Counted from the first letter of the stretch, positions 1 through 8,844 are shown. The stretch is DNA of 37,150 nucleotides from Myxococcales bacterium (GCA_043759805.1 JAYUPZ010000410.1:1-37150), one strand, 5' to 3'. Made by a program: numbers and translations. Notes: generated by a model not told the origin, from the sequence alone.

Positions 1-294
1 GGCGGACGCAAGATTGGCGTCGTCTTCCACCACGAACACGGCCGCCTTGACTACCCGGGCGATGCGATCCTCGTGGCCGTCACCTTGCTCCCCACCGAGT
101 TGCCGCTCTTAAACCCGGGTGCAATTGTCACCGAGACAGGCGGTCCGCAGGGCCACGTGGCGGCGCAGGCCCGGGAGAGGGGTTTGCCGGCCGTGGTCGG
201 AGCCATCGGCGCGCGCGCTCACCTGCGCCCCGGCACCCGCGCCATCGTCGACGCCGATGCCGGTTTTGTCATACCGATCGAGGATTGGGCGTGA
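1..294 (+). CDS. C-terminal end of a PEP-utilising-enzyme family protein (mobile/swivel phosphohistidine domain); the 5' end lies outside the window
   Basis: Frame 1 is open from nt 1 to the TGA at 292-294. The tail contains TETGGPQGHVAAQARERGLPAVVG, which matches the PEP-utilizers phosphohistidine signature (G-x-x-x-H ... R-x-x-G-[IL]-P-A-V). A protein ending in this domain fits the PpsA-like or rifampicin-phosphotransferase-like architecture. Confidence 0.7.
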   Translation, partial: GGRKIGVVFHHEHGRLDYPGDAILVAVTLLPTELPLLNPGAIVTETGGPQGHVAAQARERGLPAVVGAIGARAHLRPGTRAIVDADAGFVIPIEDWA

Positions 295-309
295 ATGAGC
301 GGAAGGACA

Positions 310-816
310 TCAGGGTCGCGGCAGCGAAATCTCGCGCACGTTGGTTTGCTCGATGACCTCAATGTCGTCTTCTTCGAGCTCGATCACGTATTCGAGCAAT
401 TCGGGCATGAAAATGTGCGGATCCGTGTGATCCGACCGACCCATCGTGCGGCGATCGCCCACGCGGCGCTCTCGCGGGAACAGCCGATGATCGCGTGAGT
501 CGTTTCGTCGCTCGTCATCGCGTCGATCGCGATTCAAGAGATGGCGCAACTCATCGATGGCTTCGGGGATCTGGTCGAGCTTGATCGTTCGCCCTGCGCA
601 ATTGTGGCAAAAGGGGATCGATCTGCCCTTTAGTTCCAGCAAGCGGAGGTTGTCGCGGCGTTTGTCGTTGCAGATGGTGCACGACGCTCCGAGGCCGACC
701 GGCCGGGCATCAGCCCAGTGTGAGTAGCAACGCCAACAACGGCTTCGGCGCAGCTCCGTTACCTGCGTCCCGCAGACGCTACAGGGAAGGGTGGGGCGTT
801 CGATTTGAATGCTCAT
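310..816 (-). CDS. Hypothetical 168-aa zinc-ribbon protein with four CxxC pairs, an Arg/Asp-rich middle and an acidic tail
   Basis: I trimmed the 254-aa track ORF to the internal ATG at 816-814 (MSIQIERPTLPCSVCG...), because the longer form overlaps the Tat-signal start of the divergent oxidoreductase. Cys pairs: CSVC, CWRC, CTIC, CHNC. No family recognised. Confidence 0.5.
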   Translation of the reverse strand: MSIQIERPTLPCSVCGTQVTELRRSRCWRCYSHWADARPVGLGASCTICNDKRRDNLRLLELKGRSIPFCHNCAGRTIKLDQIPEAIDELRHLLNRDRRDDERRNDSRDHRLFPRERRVGDRRTMGRSDHTDPHIFMPELLEYVIELEEDDIEVIEQTNVREISLPRP

Positions 817-916
817 TCCCTTGATCGGTAATACGACCCGGGCGGCTCGGCAATTTTTCGAATATTGGGGTGGCCGAGATTGGCCCGGATGGATCGAATC
901 AGGATATGGTTTGGCC

Positions 917-2281
917 ATGCCCCCGCTCCATTCCTCCCGTCGCACCTTTATCCACGCCGTTGGCCTCGGTCTTGCCGCCGCCCCCCTGTACGTGCCCGCG
1001 CGGGCCTTTGGTGCCAACGATCGAATACGGCTTGGGTTCGTCGGTGTCGGCAAGATGGGCATGGGCCATCTCAAGTCCTTCGCCGGAATGAAGGACGTAG
1101 AGATTCGAGCCGTGGCGGATGTTGAAGAGTCGCGACGGTTGCAGGCGCGAAAGATCGTCGATGAAAAGTATGCTGCGGAAAAGCGCGCCCCGGCGGAAGT
1201 GTCGCTGTACGTCGATTACCGCGAGATGTTGGCAAAGAACGATATCGACGCGGTCGTCATCGCCACGCCCGATCACTGGCACACGACGCCCCTCATTCAT
1301 GCGGCGCTCGCGAAAAAAGATGTGTATTGCGAAAAGCCTCTGACGTTGACGCTTGAAGAATCCGAGCTTTCCATCAGGGCCGTCCGCAAGATGAACATCG
1401 TCTTGCAAACCGGCAGCCAGCAGCGTTCGGAGAACGAAGGACGCTTTCGGGTTGCGGCCGCGTACATTCGTGCGGGAAAAATTGGGAAGGTCACCGCGGT
1501 GTCGGGACATTTTGGTCCAACCTCGAAACCTTGTGACCTACCCGAAGAGCCGCTCGACCCGGGCCTCGACTGGGATCGCTGGCTGGGACCGGCGGCAAAA
1601 CGTCCGTATCACACCTTTCTGTGTCGACGAGGAACACCGGATTCGTACCCGTGGATGCCGGGCTGGCGTGACTACAGCGAGTTTTCAGGCGGACAGGTCA
1701 CCGACTGGGGCTGCCACCACCTCGACATCGTGCAATGGGCCCTCGGCAAGGATGGTTCGGGTCCGAATCGTATCACGCCTCCGCAGGGCAGCTGGCCGAG
1801 GGGTGGCGGCGGACAGTTGGTTTACGACAAGACCATCGTGGGCGACCACATCGTCGTGACCCACCGGGCATACGGCAACGGCATTCGCTTTTACGGAACT
1901 GACGGTGAGATCTGGGTCAATCGCGACGAGCTGGTGGGCACGGGATCGGTATTCAAAGAAAAGCTGAGCGATGCGGAATTGAACTTCGACGGGCACCTTG
2001 GTCCCGAGGCGATGATCGACTGGAGCGGTACCGAGAAGGGCAAACCACCAAAGATCACGGGCACAAACCACCGGCGTGATTTCCTCGAACGCATGCGCGA
2101 TCGCAAGGATCCGATCTGCAAGATTGAGGTTGGCGCGGGCACGGCTGCGGTTTGTCACCTGCTTAACCTCGCGTACTGGGGGAACAAGCCCCTGCAGTGG
2201 AACGCGGCGAAGTGGAGTGGCGTGGCTGCCAACCAAAAGTCCCGCAAGGCGCGGGCAGGTTACGAGCTGCCGAAGGTGTGA
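917..2281 (+). CDS. Gfo/Idh/MocA family NAD(P)-dependent oxidoreductase with a twin-arginine (Tat) signal peptide
   Basis: The ATG at 917 gives MPPLHSSRRTFIHAVGLGLAAAPLYVPARAFG (an SRRxF Tat motif), then the Rossmann motif RLGFVGVGKMG and the family EKP motif (VYCEKPLTLT). The upstream part of the track ORF (809-916) has no support. Confidence 0.85.
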   Translation: MPPLHSSRRTFIHAVGLGLAAAPLYVPARAFGANDRIRLGFVGVGKMGMGHLKSFAGMKDVEIRAVADVEESRRLQARKIVDEKYAAEKRAPAEVSLYVDYREMLAKNDIDAVVIATPDHWHTTPLIHAALAKKDVYCEKPLTLTLEESELSIRAVRKMNIVLQTGSQQRSENEGRFRVAAAYIRAGKIGKVTAVSGHFGPTSKPCDLPEEPLDPGLDWDRWLGPAAKRPYHTFLCRRGTPDSYPWMPGWRDYSEFSGGQVTDWGCHHLDIVQWALGKDGSGPNRITPPQGSWPRGGGGQLVYDKTIVGDHIVVTHRAYGNGIRFYGTDGEIWVNRDELVGTGSVFKEKLSDAELNFDGHLGPEAMIDWSGTEKGKPPKITGTNHRRDFLERMRDRKDPICKIEVGAGTAAVCHLLNLAYWGNKPLQWNAAKWSGVAANQKSRKARAGYELPKV

Positions 2282-3474
2282 GTGCGCACCGCCTTCAGTT
2301 GTTCCTTGAGAGACTTTGCGGCAAGGGCATACCCGCCGTTGGAGCCGTCCACAAAATGCACATGGTTTCCGCTATAGCTGCCGACCATGCAGGTGATGAG
2401 CGCCTCGCCGGACTGATGCATTCCGTAGCACAGGCCACCGGCCTGGTGTCGCGCCAATAGATAGCGGTCAAGCGTCTCGATTTCCTCGGCGCGCAGATCC
2501 AGGATCATGCGCAGAGCCTCGTCGAATTTTCGGAAGTCCGTGTTTTCGAGGAACTCCAGTTTGTAAGTCGAGCCGTTGAAGGAGCCCGCTTTGATGCCAA
2601 GGCCAAGGAGTCCTCGCCCAAGCAGCGCACCGTTGCGGGCCACCTTGTGCGCGCGATTGAAGGCGGGTCCCGATGCCGTACCCGTTAGCAAGCGTGCCTC
2701 GGTTGAAAAATCTCCGGTCAAGGTTTTCAACTTCATTCCGTCGAGCGTGACGGGTTTGGGTGAAGCGTCACCCACAAGGCGCGCGATCTCGCGCAAGATT
2801 TCGCGATAGGTGGATTCTTTCGAGGACGGATCGTCCGCGGTCGCCACGACAAGGAGACTGACGACGCTGCCCCTGCGACTCGCCACGGGTTGCCATCGAC
2901 ACTCAAATCCATTCAAGTTGGCCTCGGCCGGACCGCCCTCACTGATGGCGAAAGCCTGCCCGGCAACTGGATCTTTGATCCAGGTTTCCGCCGTGGAAAA
3001 ACCGGTACCGGAAAAGGCAGCGAGCACCACGTTCGGGCTCAACCGGTAGCGCCCCACTTGAACCGGATGCCCCTGCCGCGTCAGTTCAGCGACCGGCACA
3101 TGGGATACGCGCAAATTCATGGAGAAGGCATCCCGTGCAAGGTTGCGCAATCCGCGCAGAGCTGTCTCCACGGCCTCAATGCGGGAGCCCGGAACGAGCA
3201 GGGTGGCGCCATCTCCGCCGAAAACGTACGGCAAATCGAGGTCAGGCAGGGCGTTGCGCAGTGCCACAATGCTCCCGACACCGAGCGCATTCACGTCTCG
3301 ATAGCGTCCGGCCTCGATCGCGACGGTCGAACCCCGAACGTCCGAGATCACGACATGCCAGTCGTCGGGAACGGGCCGGTGCAGGCTCGCAGCGACGACC
3401 TCGTCAAACTCGGATACCTCGGAGAGACGCGCGTAGAAGTCCTCGTTGCCTGCTGCCGTTAATCCTGCTGCCAT
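2260..3474 (-). CDS. DUF3095-family protein (nucleotide-cyclase-like fold), 404 aa
   Basis: The start is set at ATG 3474-3472 (MAAGLTAAGNEDFY...), 5 nt after the permease stop. The motifs WHVVISDVRGSTVAIEAGRYRDVNALG and PYVFGGDGATLLVP resemble, as I recall them, the two metal-binding Asp motifs of class III cyclase/GGDEF folds and the DUF3095 family signature. The 3' end overlaps the convergent oxidoreductase by 22 nt. Confidence 0.65.
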   Translation of the reverse strand: MAAGLTAAGNEDFYARLSEVSEFDEVVAASLHRPVPDDWHVVISDVRGSTVAIEAGRYRDVNALGVGSIVALRNALPDLDLPYVFGGDGATLLVPGSRIEAVETALRGLRNLARDAFSMNLRVSHVPVAELTRQGHPVQVGRYRLSPNVVLAAFSGTGFSTAETWIKDPVAGQAFAISEGGPAEANLNGFECRWQPVASRRGSVVSLLVVATADDPSSKESTYREILREIARLVGDASPKPVTLDGMKLKTLTGDFSTEARLLTGTASGPAFNRAHKVARNGALLGRGLLGLGIKAGSFNGSTYKLEFLENTDFRKFDEALRMILDLRAEEIETLDRYLLARHQAGGLCYGMHQSGEALITCMVGSYSGNHVHFVDGSNGGYALAAKSLKEQLKAVRTHTFGSS

Positions 3475-3479
3475 CAATC

Positions 3480-4247
3480 TTACTTTCTCAACCGGTATCC
3501 AGTCTTGAACATCCAGCCTACCCCCGTCAAACACAACAACAAAAAGCCGAGCGTGATGGCGATGCTGATGCCCACACCCACATCGGCAGCGTCAAAAAAG
3601 CTCCACCGAAAACCGCTTATCACGTAGACGATCGGGTTCCACATCGCGATGGATCGCCACGTCGGCGCCAGCATGTCGATTGAATAGAACGCACCGCCGA
3701 GAAATGTCAGCGGCGTAATCACCAGCATGGGGATGAGCTGTAGTTGCTCGAACCCCTTGGCCCAAAGTCCGAGCATGAAGCCGAATAGACTGAAGCCGAT
3801 GGCGGTCATCAGGAGAAATGCCACCATCCAGATTGGGTGCCGGATCTCAAGTGGTACGAATAGATTTGCGGTTGCCAGAATGATGACCCCGATGGTCAGT
3901 GATTTCGTGGCTGCGGCGCCGACATACCCGAGCACCATTTCGAGAAATGAGATCGGTGCCGACAACAGTTCGTAAACTGTGCCCGTAAACTTCGGCATGT
4001 AGATCCCAAACCCGGCGTTCGAGATGCTGTTCGTAAACAGCGACAACATGATCAATCCCGGCACGATGAAGGCCCCGTAGTTGATCCCATCCACCTCGCG
4101 CATGCGACTGCCGATGGCACCGCCAAATACCACGAAATAAAGCGAAGTGGTGACCACGGGTGTGATCAAGCTCTGCACGATGGTGCGCTTGAAACGTGCC
4201 ATCTCGAAGCGGTAAATTGCCCACACGCCGTACCGATTGAAAGCCAT
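3480..4247 (-). CDS. ABC-2 type transporter permease (YadH/NodJ-like), 255 aa
   Basis: The start at ATG 4247-4245 ([27 protein letters not shown]...) shares one nt with the TGA stop of the ATPase (TGATG overlap). About six hydrophobic segments are present, typical of ABC-2 membrane proteins. Confidence 0.85.
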   Translation of the reverse strand: MAFNRYGVWAIYRFEMARFKRTIVQSLITPVVTTSLYFVVFGGAIGSRMREVDGINYGAFIVPGLIMLSLFTNSISNAGFGIYMPKFTGTVYELLSAPISFLEMVLGYVGAAATKSLTIGVIILATANLFVPLEIRHPIWMVAFLLMTAIGFSLFGFMLGLWAKGFEQLQLIPMLVITPLTFLGGAFYSIDMLAPTWRSIAMWNPIVYVISGFRWSFFDAADVGVGISIAITLGFLLLCLTGVGWMFKTGYRLRK

Positions 4248-5221
4248 CAGGCAGGGCCTCCGGTGCGGCTCGACTGTGCGTCTGTGCTCACGAGGTGAAC
4301 GAAGATCTCCTCTAACGAGCTTTGCCGGGTGGCCAGATCTCTGAAACCAAGCTTCAGCTCTGCCATCCGTTGCAACAGGCCCGGGATGTCCGAGCTTTGG
4401 TCGTTGGCGTCGAAATCGTATTGCAACCGAAGCCCGCTGGATTGCAGGGTCAGGTGCCACGCGGCAAGTTCGGGCGGAAGGCTTTGCAAGGGCTCGTGAA
4501 GATCGAGAACCATTTGTCGTTTGCCCATCTTTTGCATTAGCACCGATTTATCCTCGACGAGGATGAGTCGACCCTTGTTGATGACGCCGATGCGATCCGC
4601 CATCTCTTCGGCCTCGTCGATGTAATGGGTCGTCAGGATGATGGTGACGCCCCGATCGCGCAGGGTCCGCACAAGGTTCCACATGTCGCGTCGCAACTCG
4701 ACGTCAACGCCGGCAGTGGGTTCGTCCAGAAACAAGATCTCGGGCTCGTGTGAAAGCGCCTTGGCGATCATCACCCGGCGTTTCATACCGCCCGACAGCG
4801 TCATGATGCGCTGATCGCGCTTGTCCCACAGGGAGAGATCGCGCAGGAGCTTCTCGACCAGCGCCGGATTGGGTGGCTTTCCAAACAAACCCCGGCTGAA
4901 GGTGACCGTTGCCCACGGCGTTTCAAAGGCATCCGTGCTCAGCTCTTGTGGTACCAATCCAATGATCGTACGCGCAGCCCGTGCGTCGCGGATCACGTCG
5001 TGGCCATCGGCAGTCACGCTGCCTGAACTTGGCGTCACGATGCCGCAGATGACGCTAATGAGCGTGGTCTTGCCAGCACCGTTCGGTCCGAGCAATGCGA
5101 AGATCTCGCCCTTGCGAATCTCAAGGTCGATGTTGTCGAGCGCAATGAGTCCCGAGGGGTAGGTCTTGCCAAGTTTCGCGACGGTGATGACAGGGCGGGA
5201 GGGAAGACTCGAAGGCAACAC
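4247..5221 (-). CDS. ABC transporter ATP-binding protein (ABC-2 subfamily, YadG-like) with a C-terminal extension
   Basis: Walker [10 protein letters not shown], signature LSGGMKRR, Walker [13 protein letters not shown] and H-loop TTHY are all present. The track start at 5221 is a GTG. The C-terminal ~90 aa beyond the NBD are typical of this subfamily. Confidence 0.9.
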   Translation of the reverse strand: MLPSSLPSRPVITVAKLGKTYPSGLIALDNIDLEIRKGEIFALLGPNGAGKTTLISVICGIVTPSSGSVTADGHDVIRDARAARTIIGLVPQELSTDAFETPWATVTFSRGLFGKPPNPALVEKLLRDLSLWDKRDQRIMTLSGGMKRRVMIAKALSHEPEILFLDEPTAGVDVELRRDMWNLVRTLRDRGVTIILTTHYIDEAEEMADRIGVINKGRLILVEDKSVLMQKMGKRQMVLDLHEPLQSLPPELAAWHLTLQSSGLRLQYDFDANDQSSDIPGLLQRMAELKLGFRDLATRQSSLEEIFVHLVSTDAQSSRTGGPA

Positions 5222-5270
5222 CGCGCCTTCTTAGCCGATCCGTCCGCCACCTGCAGGGTGGGTTTCTCCT

Positions 5271-5302
5271 TTGACGTGGACACATCGGCATGTCATTGTG
5301 TC
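5271..5302 (+). promoter_or_regulatory. Candidate vapBC promoter/operator: TTGACG -35-like hexamer plus a 6-bp inverted repeat GACACA-N12-TGTGTC
   Basis: TTGACG lies at 5271-5276. GACACA (5279-5284) and TGTGTC (5297-5302) end 4 nt before the antitoxin ATG (5306). Type II antitoxins usually autoregulate through palindromes overlapping their promoter. No convincing -10 element was seen. Confidence 0.3.
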
Positions 5303-5305
5303 TAC

Positions 5306-5563
5306 ATGGACGTAGGCGTCAGGGAATTGAAACAGCACCTGTCCGAATACCTTGAGCGTGCTGCGCGGGGTGAGATTATTCGGGTAACGGATCGAGGACT
5401 CCCGAAAGCCATCTTGGCGCCTCTTCCGGGCGTGGCCCGGATCGAGCAAGGCGTGGTCGAGGGATGGATTCGCGCAGCAAACGACGCCCCACCCACGCCC
5501 GTGGTCCGCGTGAAATCCAATCTACGAAGCGAGGATATCCTGCGCGAGGATCGCGGCGATTGA
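5306..5563 (+). CDS. vapB: Type II antitoxin, Phd/YefM-like (VapB partner), 85 aa
   Basis: The internal ATG at 5306 gives MDVGVRELKQHLSEYLERAARGEIIRVTDRGLPKAILAPL, a typical prevent-host-death family N-terminus. Its TGA stop (5561-5563) overlaps the TTG start of the PIN gene. Confidence 0.75.
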   Translation: MDVGVRELKQHLSEYLERAARGEIIRVTDRGLPKAILAPLPGVARIEQGVVEGWIRAANDAPPTPVVRVKSNLRSEDILREDRGD

Positions 5564-5964
5564 GCCTTTATGTCGACTCAAGCGCATTCCTGAAACGATA
5601 TCTGGACGAGCCGGACTCGGACAGCGTCGAACGCAACATGAAGGCCGACACGGCCTGGATCACAGCGAGACACACCTGGGTCGAGGTCAGAAGGAATCTT
5701 GCTCGACTGGTGTCGGGTTCTTCGTTAACCATTGCTCGCCAGCAATTTGTGCAGGATTGGCAGCGAACCCACATTGTCGAGATAGACGAACGCACATGCC
5801 TTCTGGCCGCGGATATCGCCGAGTTGGCGGGCGTGCGTACCCTCGATGCGCTTCACCTGGCCGCACTGCAAAGGGTCGGAACGCAGGGCATGTCGTTGCT
5901 CACGTTCGATATTCGCCAGGCGCAAGCAGCGCGGAGCATGGGCATCACCGTGCTTGGAACTTGA
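5560..5964 (+). CDS. vapC: PIN-domain ribonuclease toxin VapC, 134 aa
   Basis: The TTG at 5560 (ATTGA overlap with the antitoxin stop) gives (M)SLYVDSSAFLKRYL..., carrying the first conserved PIN Asp. Later acidic positions sit in EIDERT and TLDALHLAAL. The upstream part of the track ORF (5464-5559) only overlaps the antitoxin. Confidence 0.8.
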   Translation: MSLYVDSSAFLKRYLDEPDSDSVERNMKADTAWITARHTWVEVRRNLARLVSGSSLTIARQQFVQDWQRTHIVEIDERTCLLAADIAELAGVRTLDALHLAALQRVGTQGMSLLTFDIRQAQAARSMGITVLGT

Positions 5965-5965
5965 T

Positions 5966-6550
5966 TCAGCGGACCCTCACCACGCGACACAACATTTCTG
6001 CCGCCGTGTAACGGGTGCCAGCGGGATCGTCGCGGACCATGGTGCGCAGATAGGTGTTGACGATGCGACCGGTGTTGTCTCGCCTTCGCCGGGGATCGTT
6101 CGGCGTAACGTAACTGTGTAGCTGCTTGCCTCCGCGGTATTCGCTAAAACTGAGGGTGCCGTCGGTTCGAACGCTCTCGACAACGCCTGCATGGCTGCCG
6201 CATCCGTCGCCCGAGGCGGTTGTGTCGAAGAACAGGAGGTCGCCTTTGCGTGCCTCGTGCGCCGGGACCATGGTCTGTGTGTCGACCGCATAGGCGTAGA
6301 CCGATTCGAGGGAGCCGTCGGTCCCGAATTCTTGGCCGTTGGACTGAAGGGCACGCTCAACCATTTCGGCGCGGGGATCGCCCGGGACGGATGGACGGCT
6401 CGGTGGCGTGCCGACACCTTTGCTCCGGGTTGCGGGTTGGAAGGGCCAGGGGGCTCGGGCGACGCCGGATGCGCATCCGGTGCTGAGCAGATAAAGGCCG
6501 AGAACAAAAGGGAAAATCGCGAAATGGAAGGGGTTGAATGTCCGACTCAT
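5966..6550 (-). CDS. Lipoprotein with an NlpC/P60-like (C40) C-terminal region
   Basis: The ATG at 6550 gives MSRTFNPFHFAIFPFVLGLYLLSTGC (lipobox LSTGC). KGDLLFFD and GSHAGVVESV resemble the NlpC/P60 strand and His motifs. The usual DCSG nucleophile position appears to read DGSLE. Confidence 0.55.
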   Translation of the reverse strand: MSRTFNPFHFAIFPFVLGLYLLSTGCASGVARAPWPFQPATRSKGVGTPPSRPSVPGDPRAEMVERALQSNGQEFGTDGSLESVYAYAVDTQTMVPAHEARKGDLLFFDTTASGDGCGSHAGVVESVRTDGTLSFSEYRGGKQLHSYVTPNDPRRRRDNTGRIVNTYLRTMVRDDPAGTRYTAAEMLCRVVRVR

Positions 6551-6669
6551 AAGCACATTTTACTACATGTAGGTTTTTTGCATACTTTTTAAACACGATG
6601 CTCTGTATTTTTTGTCCTGATCCTGATCCCTTTCCAGACAAGGGCATGGGGTTGTGGGAAAAGCTGCCG

Positions 6670-7545
6670 ATGAATGTTCGTGCGACTTTGTTTGTTTTGA
6701 TCGGACTCGCGTCCGGGTGTGCTGACGAAGCCTCGGAGTCGTCAGGACAGGATGCCGCCGTAACGTCACAGGACAGCGGATCAGACGTGTTGTCCGTCGA
6801 TTCTCCTTTGGCCGATTCCAGTAGCCCCGCCGTCATACCGCTTGATTCGGGCGTTCCCGACGCAAGCGCTGCGTGCATCACCGTGGAAGATCCGGCCAAG
6901 GGCGTGCCGAGCAGCAAGAAAGCAACCGACAGCACCGCGGATAAGCACACCTTCTTTTTCAAGAGCATCGCGGTCGATCCCAAGATGACGGGCATCGATG
7001 GTTCGATGGGATACGGACTCACGCCCTATCCGATTAGCGCAGGTGGCCTCGAAAGCACGACGTTCAAGCTGACACGCGAATTTTTGCTGCGCGCCGCTGG
7101 CACGCCGAATCTGCGAGAACTGGAATGGCTGACCTTTGCGCACCAGTTCGGTGCGGGCCTCGACACGGTGGAGATCACGGTGAAGCTCAGCGGTCAGACG
7201 CTGAACGCCAAAGCCCAGCCCAACATCTACGCCAGTTACGGCTATGCCTCGTTCACCAACTTCAAGCAAGAAGGCGACAAGATCCTCGCGGACGTGGCGG
7301 TGCATGCGTTCGGTCACTACCAAGGTGCCACCGACCTGGGCATCGGCAGTCTGCAGGATGCGACCGACTTTCTGGTGCCGGCCAAAGGGAAGGTGCCGCC
7401 CAGCAAAACGGCGACGCAGGTCGACATCGTGGATGCCGAGATCAACGTCAAGATAGGCGCCGATACCTACGACAGCGTGCAGTACCGGGCATTGCGGGGG
7501 CAAAGCTGGGGCCCGGGCGGCCAGGCGCTCGTGAGCTGTCCGTAG
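6670..7545 (+). CDS. Hypothetical lipoprotein, 291 aa
   Basis: The internal ATG at 6670 gives MNVRATLFVLIGLASGC (lipobox), followed by a Ser/Asp-rich linker and a ~200-aa domain with no family I recognise. Confidence 0.6.
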   Translation: MNVRATLFVLIGLASGCADEASESSGQDAAVTSQDSGSDVLSVDSPLADSSSPAVIPLDSGVPDASAACITVEDPAKGVPSSKKATDSTADKHTFFFKSIAVDPKMTGIDGSMGYGLTPYPISAGGLESTTFKLTREFLLRAAGTPNLRELEWLTFAHQFGAGLDTVEITVKLSGQTLNAKAQPNIYASYGYASFTNFKQEGDKILADVAVHAFGHYQGATDLGIGSLQDATDFLVPAKGKVPPSKTATQVDIVDAEINVKIGADTYDSVQYRALRGQSWGPGGQALVSCP

Positions 7546-7605
7546 CCCCGAAAAAAATCCCATGGGCGTTTAGGGGTTTGGGCGATACCATCCGATACCA
7601 CTGCC

Positions 7606-8832
7606 ATGGCGCAAACGCGGGTATCCGGATCGTTGGGACGAACAGTCGTGATCGTTGGGGCGTCTCGTACGCCCATCGGTTCCTTTCAAGGGGCTTTGGC
7701 CGACCGGACTGCGCCTCAGCTTGGAGGCATTGCCATCGCCGCTGCGCTTGCACGTGCGGGCATCGCACCCGGTAGCGCATCGGAGATCATCGGCGAGGTT
7801 TTCATGGGGTGTGTGTTGACTGCCGGTCAGGGTCAAGCCCCAGCCCGACAGGCCGCCATCGCCGCGGGCCTGCCAAGCAGCATCGGTGCCGTGACCGTCA
7901 ACAAAGTTTGCGGCTCGGGTTTGAAGGCGGTCGCGTTCGGTGCACAGGCCATCGCCACGGGCGACTGCGATGCCGTGGTTGCAGGCGGCATGGAATCGAT
8001 GACCAACGCACCCTTTTTGCTGCCCGGAGCGCGGGCAGGTTTGCGCATGGGACACGGCCGCGTCGTTGACTCGATGATTCACGATGGTCTTTGGGATCCG
8101 TACGGCGATCAACACATGGGCAATTGTGGCGAGCTTTGCGCACGGGAGAAAAACATCACGCGCGAACAGCAAGACGCCTTTGCCGCCGAGTCGTACAAGC
8201 GTGCCTTGAAAGCTCAGGCCGAGGGAAAATTCAAAAATGAGATCGTTCCGGTCCCGATCCCGCAGCGCAAGGGCGATCCCATCCTTGTGACCGAAGACGA
8301 GGAACCCGGACGCGGCAATCCTGGCAAGCTCGGCACACTCCGTCCTGCGTTTGCCAAAGATGGCACGATAACCGCTGGCAATGCTTCCTCGCTCAACGAC
8401 GGTGCTGCGGCCGTCGTGTTGATGGCCGAAGAGGTCGCCGTTGCCCGCGGACTACAGCCGCTGGCTCGAATAGTAGGACATGCGGTTCACGCACAGTCGC
8501 CGGAGTGGTTTACGACCGCACCGGCAGGTGCCATAGAACGATTGCTTGCGCGCAACGGCTGGCAAAAAGACGAGGTGGATTTTTGGGAGATCAACGAGGC
8601 GTTCGCGGTTGTCTCACTCGCCAACAACCAGATGCTGGGTCTCGATTCGGCGCGCGTGAATGTTTGGGGTGGCGCGGTGGCGCTCGGACATCCCATCGGC
8701 GCAAGCGGCGCTCGCATTCTTGTCACGTTGTTGTCGGTCTTGCAGGATTGCGGCGGGAGCCGGGGCGTGGCGTCGCTTTGCATCGGGGGCGGTGAAGGCA
8801 TCGCGCTCGGCGTAGAACGAATCGTCTCATAA
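7606..8832 (+). CDS. Acetyl-CoA C-acetyltransferase (thiolase II)
   Basis: Thiolase hallmarks are present: VIVGASRTPIGSFQG, active-site NKVCGSGLKAV, NEAFA, and the C-terminal GHPIGASGARI and CIGGGEGIA motifs. Confidence 0.9.
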   Translation: MAQTRVSGSLGRTVVIVGASRTPIGSFQGALADRTAPQLGGIAIAAALARAGIAPGSASEIIGEVFMGCVLTAGQGQAPARQAAIAAGLPSSIGAVTVNKVCGSGLKAVAFGAQAIATGDCDAVVAGGMESMTNAPFLLPGARAGLRMGHGRVVDSMIHDGLWDPYGDQHMGNCGELCAREKNITREQQDAFAAESYKRALKAQAEGKFKNEIVPVPIPQRKGDPILVTEDEEPGRGNPGKLGTLRPAFAKDGTITAGNASSLNDGAAAVVLMAEEVAVARGLQPLARIVGHAVHAQSPEWFTTAPAGAIERLLARNGWQKDEVDFWEINEAFAVVSLANNQMLGLDSARVNVWGGAVALGHPIGASGARILVTLLSVLQDCGGSRGVASLCIGGGEGIALGVERIVS

Positions 8833-8844
8833 AGGAATTGCGAT

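Noticed and set aside
295-498. 67-aa plus-strand ORF
   Set aside because: It is antisense to the zinc-ribbon gene and has no motif or start context.
809-1074. N-terminal extensions of the two divergent track ORFs (809-916 plus strand, 817-1074 minus strand)
   Set aside because: The extensions overlap each other. Internal starts give a Tat signal (917) and a clean zinc-ribbon N-terminus (816), and the extended parts are Arg/Pro-rich nonsense.
6563-6572. 10-bp palindrome CTACATGTAG in the AT-rich divergent promoter region
   Set aside because: It is short and sits in low-complexity AT-rich DNA. It is plausible as an operator but indistinguishable from chance without comparative data.
6357-7022. 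221-aa minus-strand ORF spanning the AT-rich divergent promoter region
   Set aside because: It runs through the intergenic region and into the NlpC/P60-like gene in another frame. The plus-strand alternative has a proper lipoprotein signal.
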